Origin: Terriglobia bacterium
Lineage (GTDB): Bacteria > Acidobacteriota > Terriglobia > UBA7540
Length of the DNA stretch: 21,930 nucleotides
NCBI GenBank assembly: GCA_030038235.1
Contig: JASHPE010000208.1
Location: 1 to 21,930, forward strand
Direction of reading: 5' to 3'
The translations under genes and the position numbers were made by a program. Shown in pieces: positions 21,696 through 21,930 of the stretch (its first letter is position 1; every line of letters begins with the position of its first letter). The notes beneath the pieces are model-generated. The model did not search any database and was not told the DNA's origin. It saw only the letters and a list, made by a program, of their open reading frames with translations.

Positions 21696-21930
21696 GAAAC
21701 GAGTCCGTCAGCTCGGAGGCAACTTTCAACACTTCAGGGAGGGCTTCATGCGGGAAGGCGCAGTCGAAAGCCTCATCGATATCCTGCAGAGACATGCCGT
21801 TCGCCATGCACTCCAGAATGAGCGCAACCGACAGCCTTGTACCGCGAATCGCCAGCTTTCCCCCGAGAAGTTGAGGGGCAGCAACGATCCACTGATAATC
21901 CTTGAACTGCACGGACTGATTATTGGACAC
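21682..21930 (-). CDS. DUF433 domain protein (antitoxin-like), possibly truncated by the window edge
   Basis: APQLLGGKLAIRGTRLSVALILECMANGMSLQDIDEAF..FPHEAL matches the DUF433 core (GG.P.IRGTR+.V..+L). The ORF reaches the last base of the window (GTG at 21930), so the true start may lie outside. Confidence 0.8.
   Translation of the reverse strand: MSNNQSVQFKDYQWIVAAPQLLGGKLAIRGTRLSVALILECMANGMSLQDIDEAFDCAFPHEALPEVLKVASELTDSFHLAA

Noticed and set aside
1-21930. Looked for tRNA/rRNA genes and for sigma-28 type promoters (TAAA-N15-GCCGATAA) that FliA could use
   Set aside because: No cloverleaf-like or rRNA-like segments were seen in the intergenic gaps. The only GCCGATA match (21430-21436) lacks a correctly spaced TAAA. 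This by-eye scan cannot exclude weak sites.

Overview
High-GC bacterial chromosomal window. The gene content (S53 sedolisin, CRTAC1/UnbV-ASPIC protein, GloVer-repeat protein, KLC-type TPR protein, stand-alone IS200-like Y1 transposase) suggests Acidobacteriota or a similar soil phylum, but this is inference only. I support about 20 genes. On the + strand: a FliA-type sigma-28 factor followed by a tiny pentapeptide-like ORF; a Tat-exported FG-GAP/UnbV-ASPIC protein and a 766-aa TPR protein; HU; PadR; a GH31 glycosidase split by a frameshift; a DAACS symporter; a GloVer-repeat/IPT protein. On the - strand: a translationally coupled FmdB zinc-ribbon/GNAT pair; a membrane protein, ECF sigma and ZAS anti-sigma; a secreted beta-rich protein; an S53 sedolisin; a RAYT-like Y1 transposase; a DUF433 gene with a decayed PIN-like partner. 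The most unusual layer is non-coding. The Y1 transposase is bracketed by inverted arrays of a ~73-bp double-hairpin repeat carrying GTAG plus a palindrome, which is REPtron architecture. At least three other, sequence-unrelated palindromic element families with the same xTAG/GTGG-plus-GC-hairpin grammar sit in intergenic gaps at 5721-5807, 7540-7643, 8828-9013 and 10082-10153. Three of these form long inverted repeats with 26-35 bp arms and 32-34 nt spacers. All calls are by-eye motif recognition; no searches were run. Many long ORFs in the track are antisense or off-frame shadows typical of high-GC DNA.
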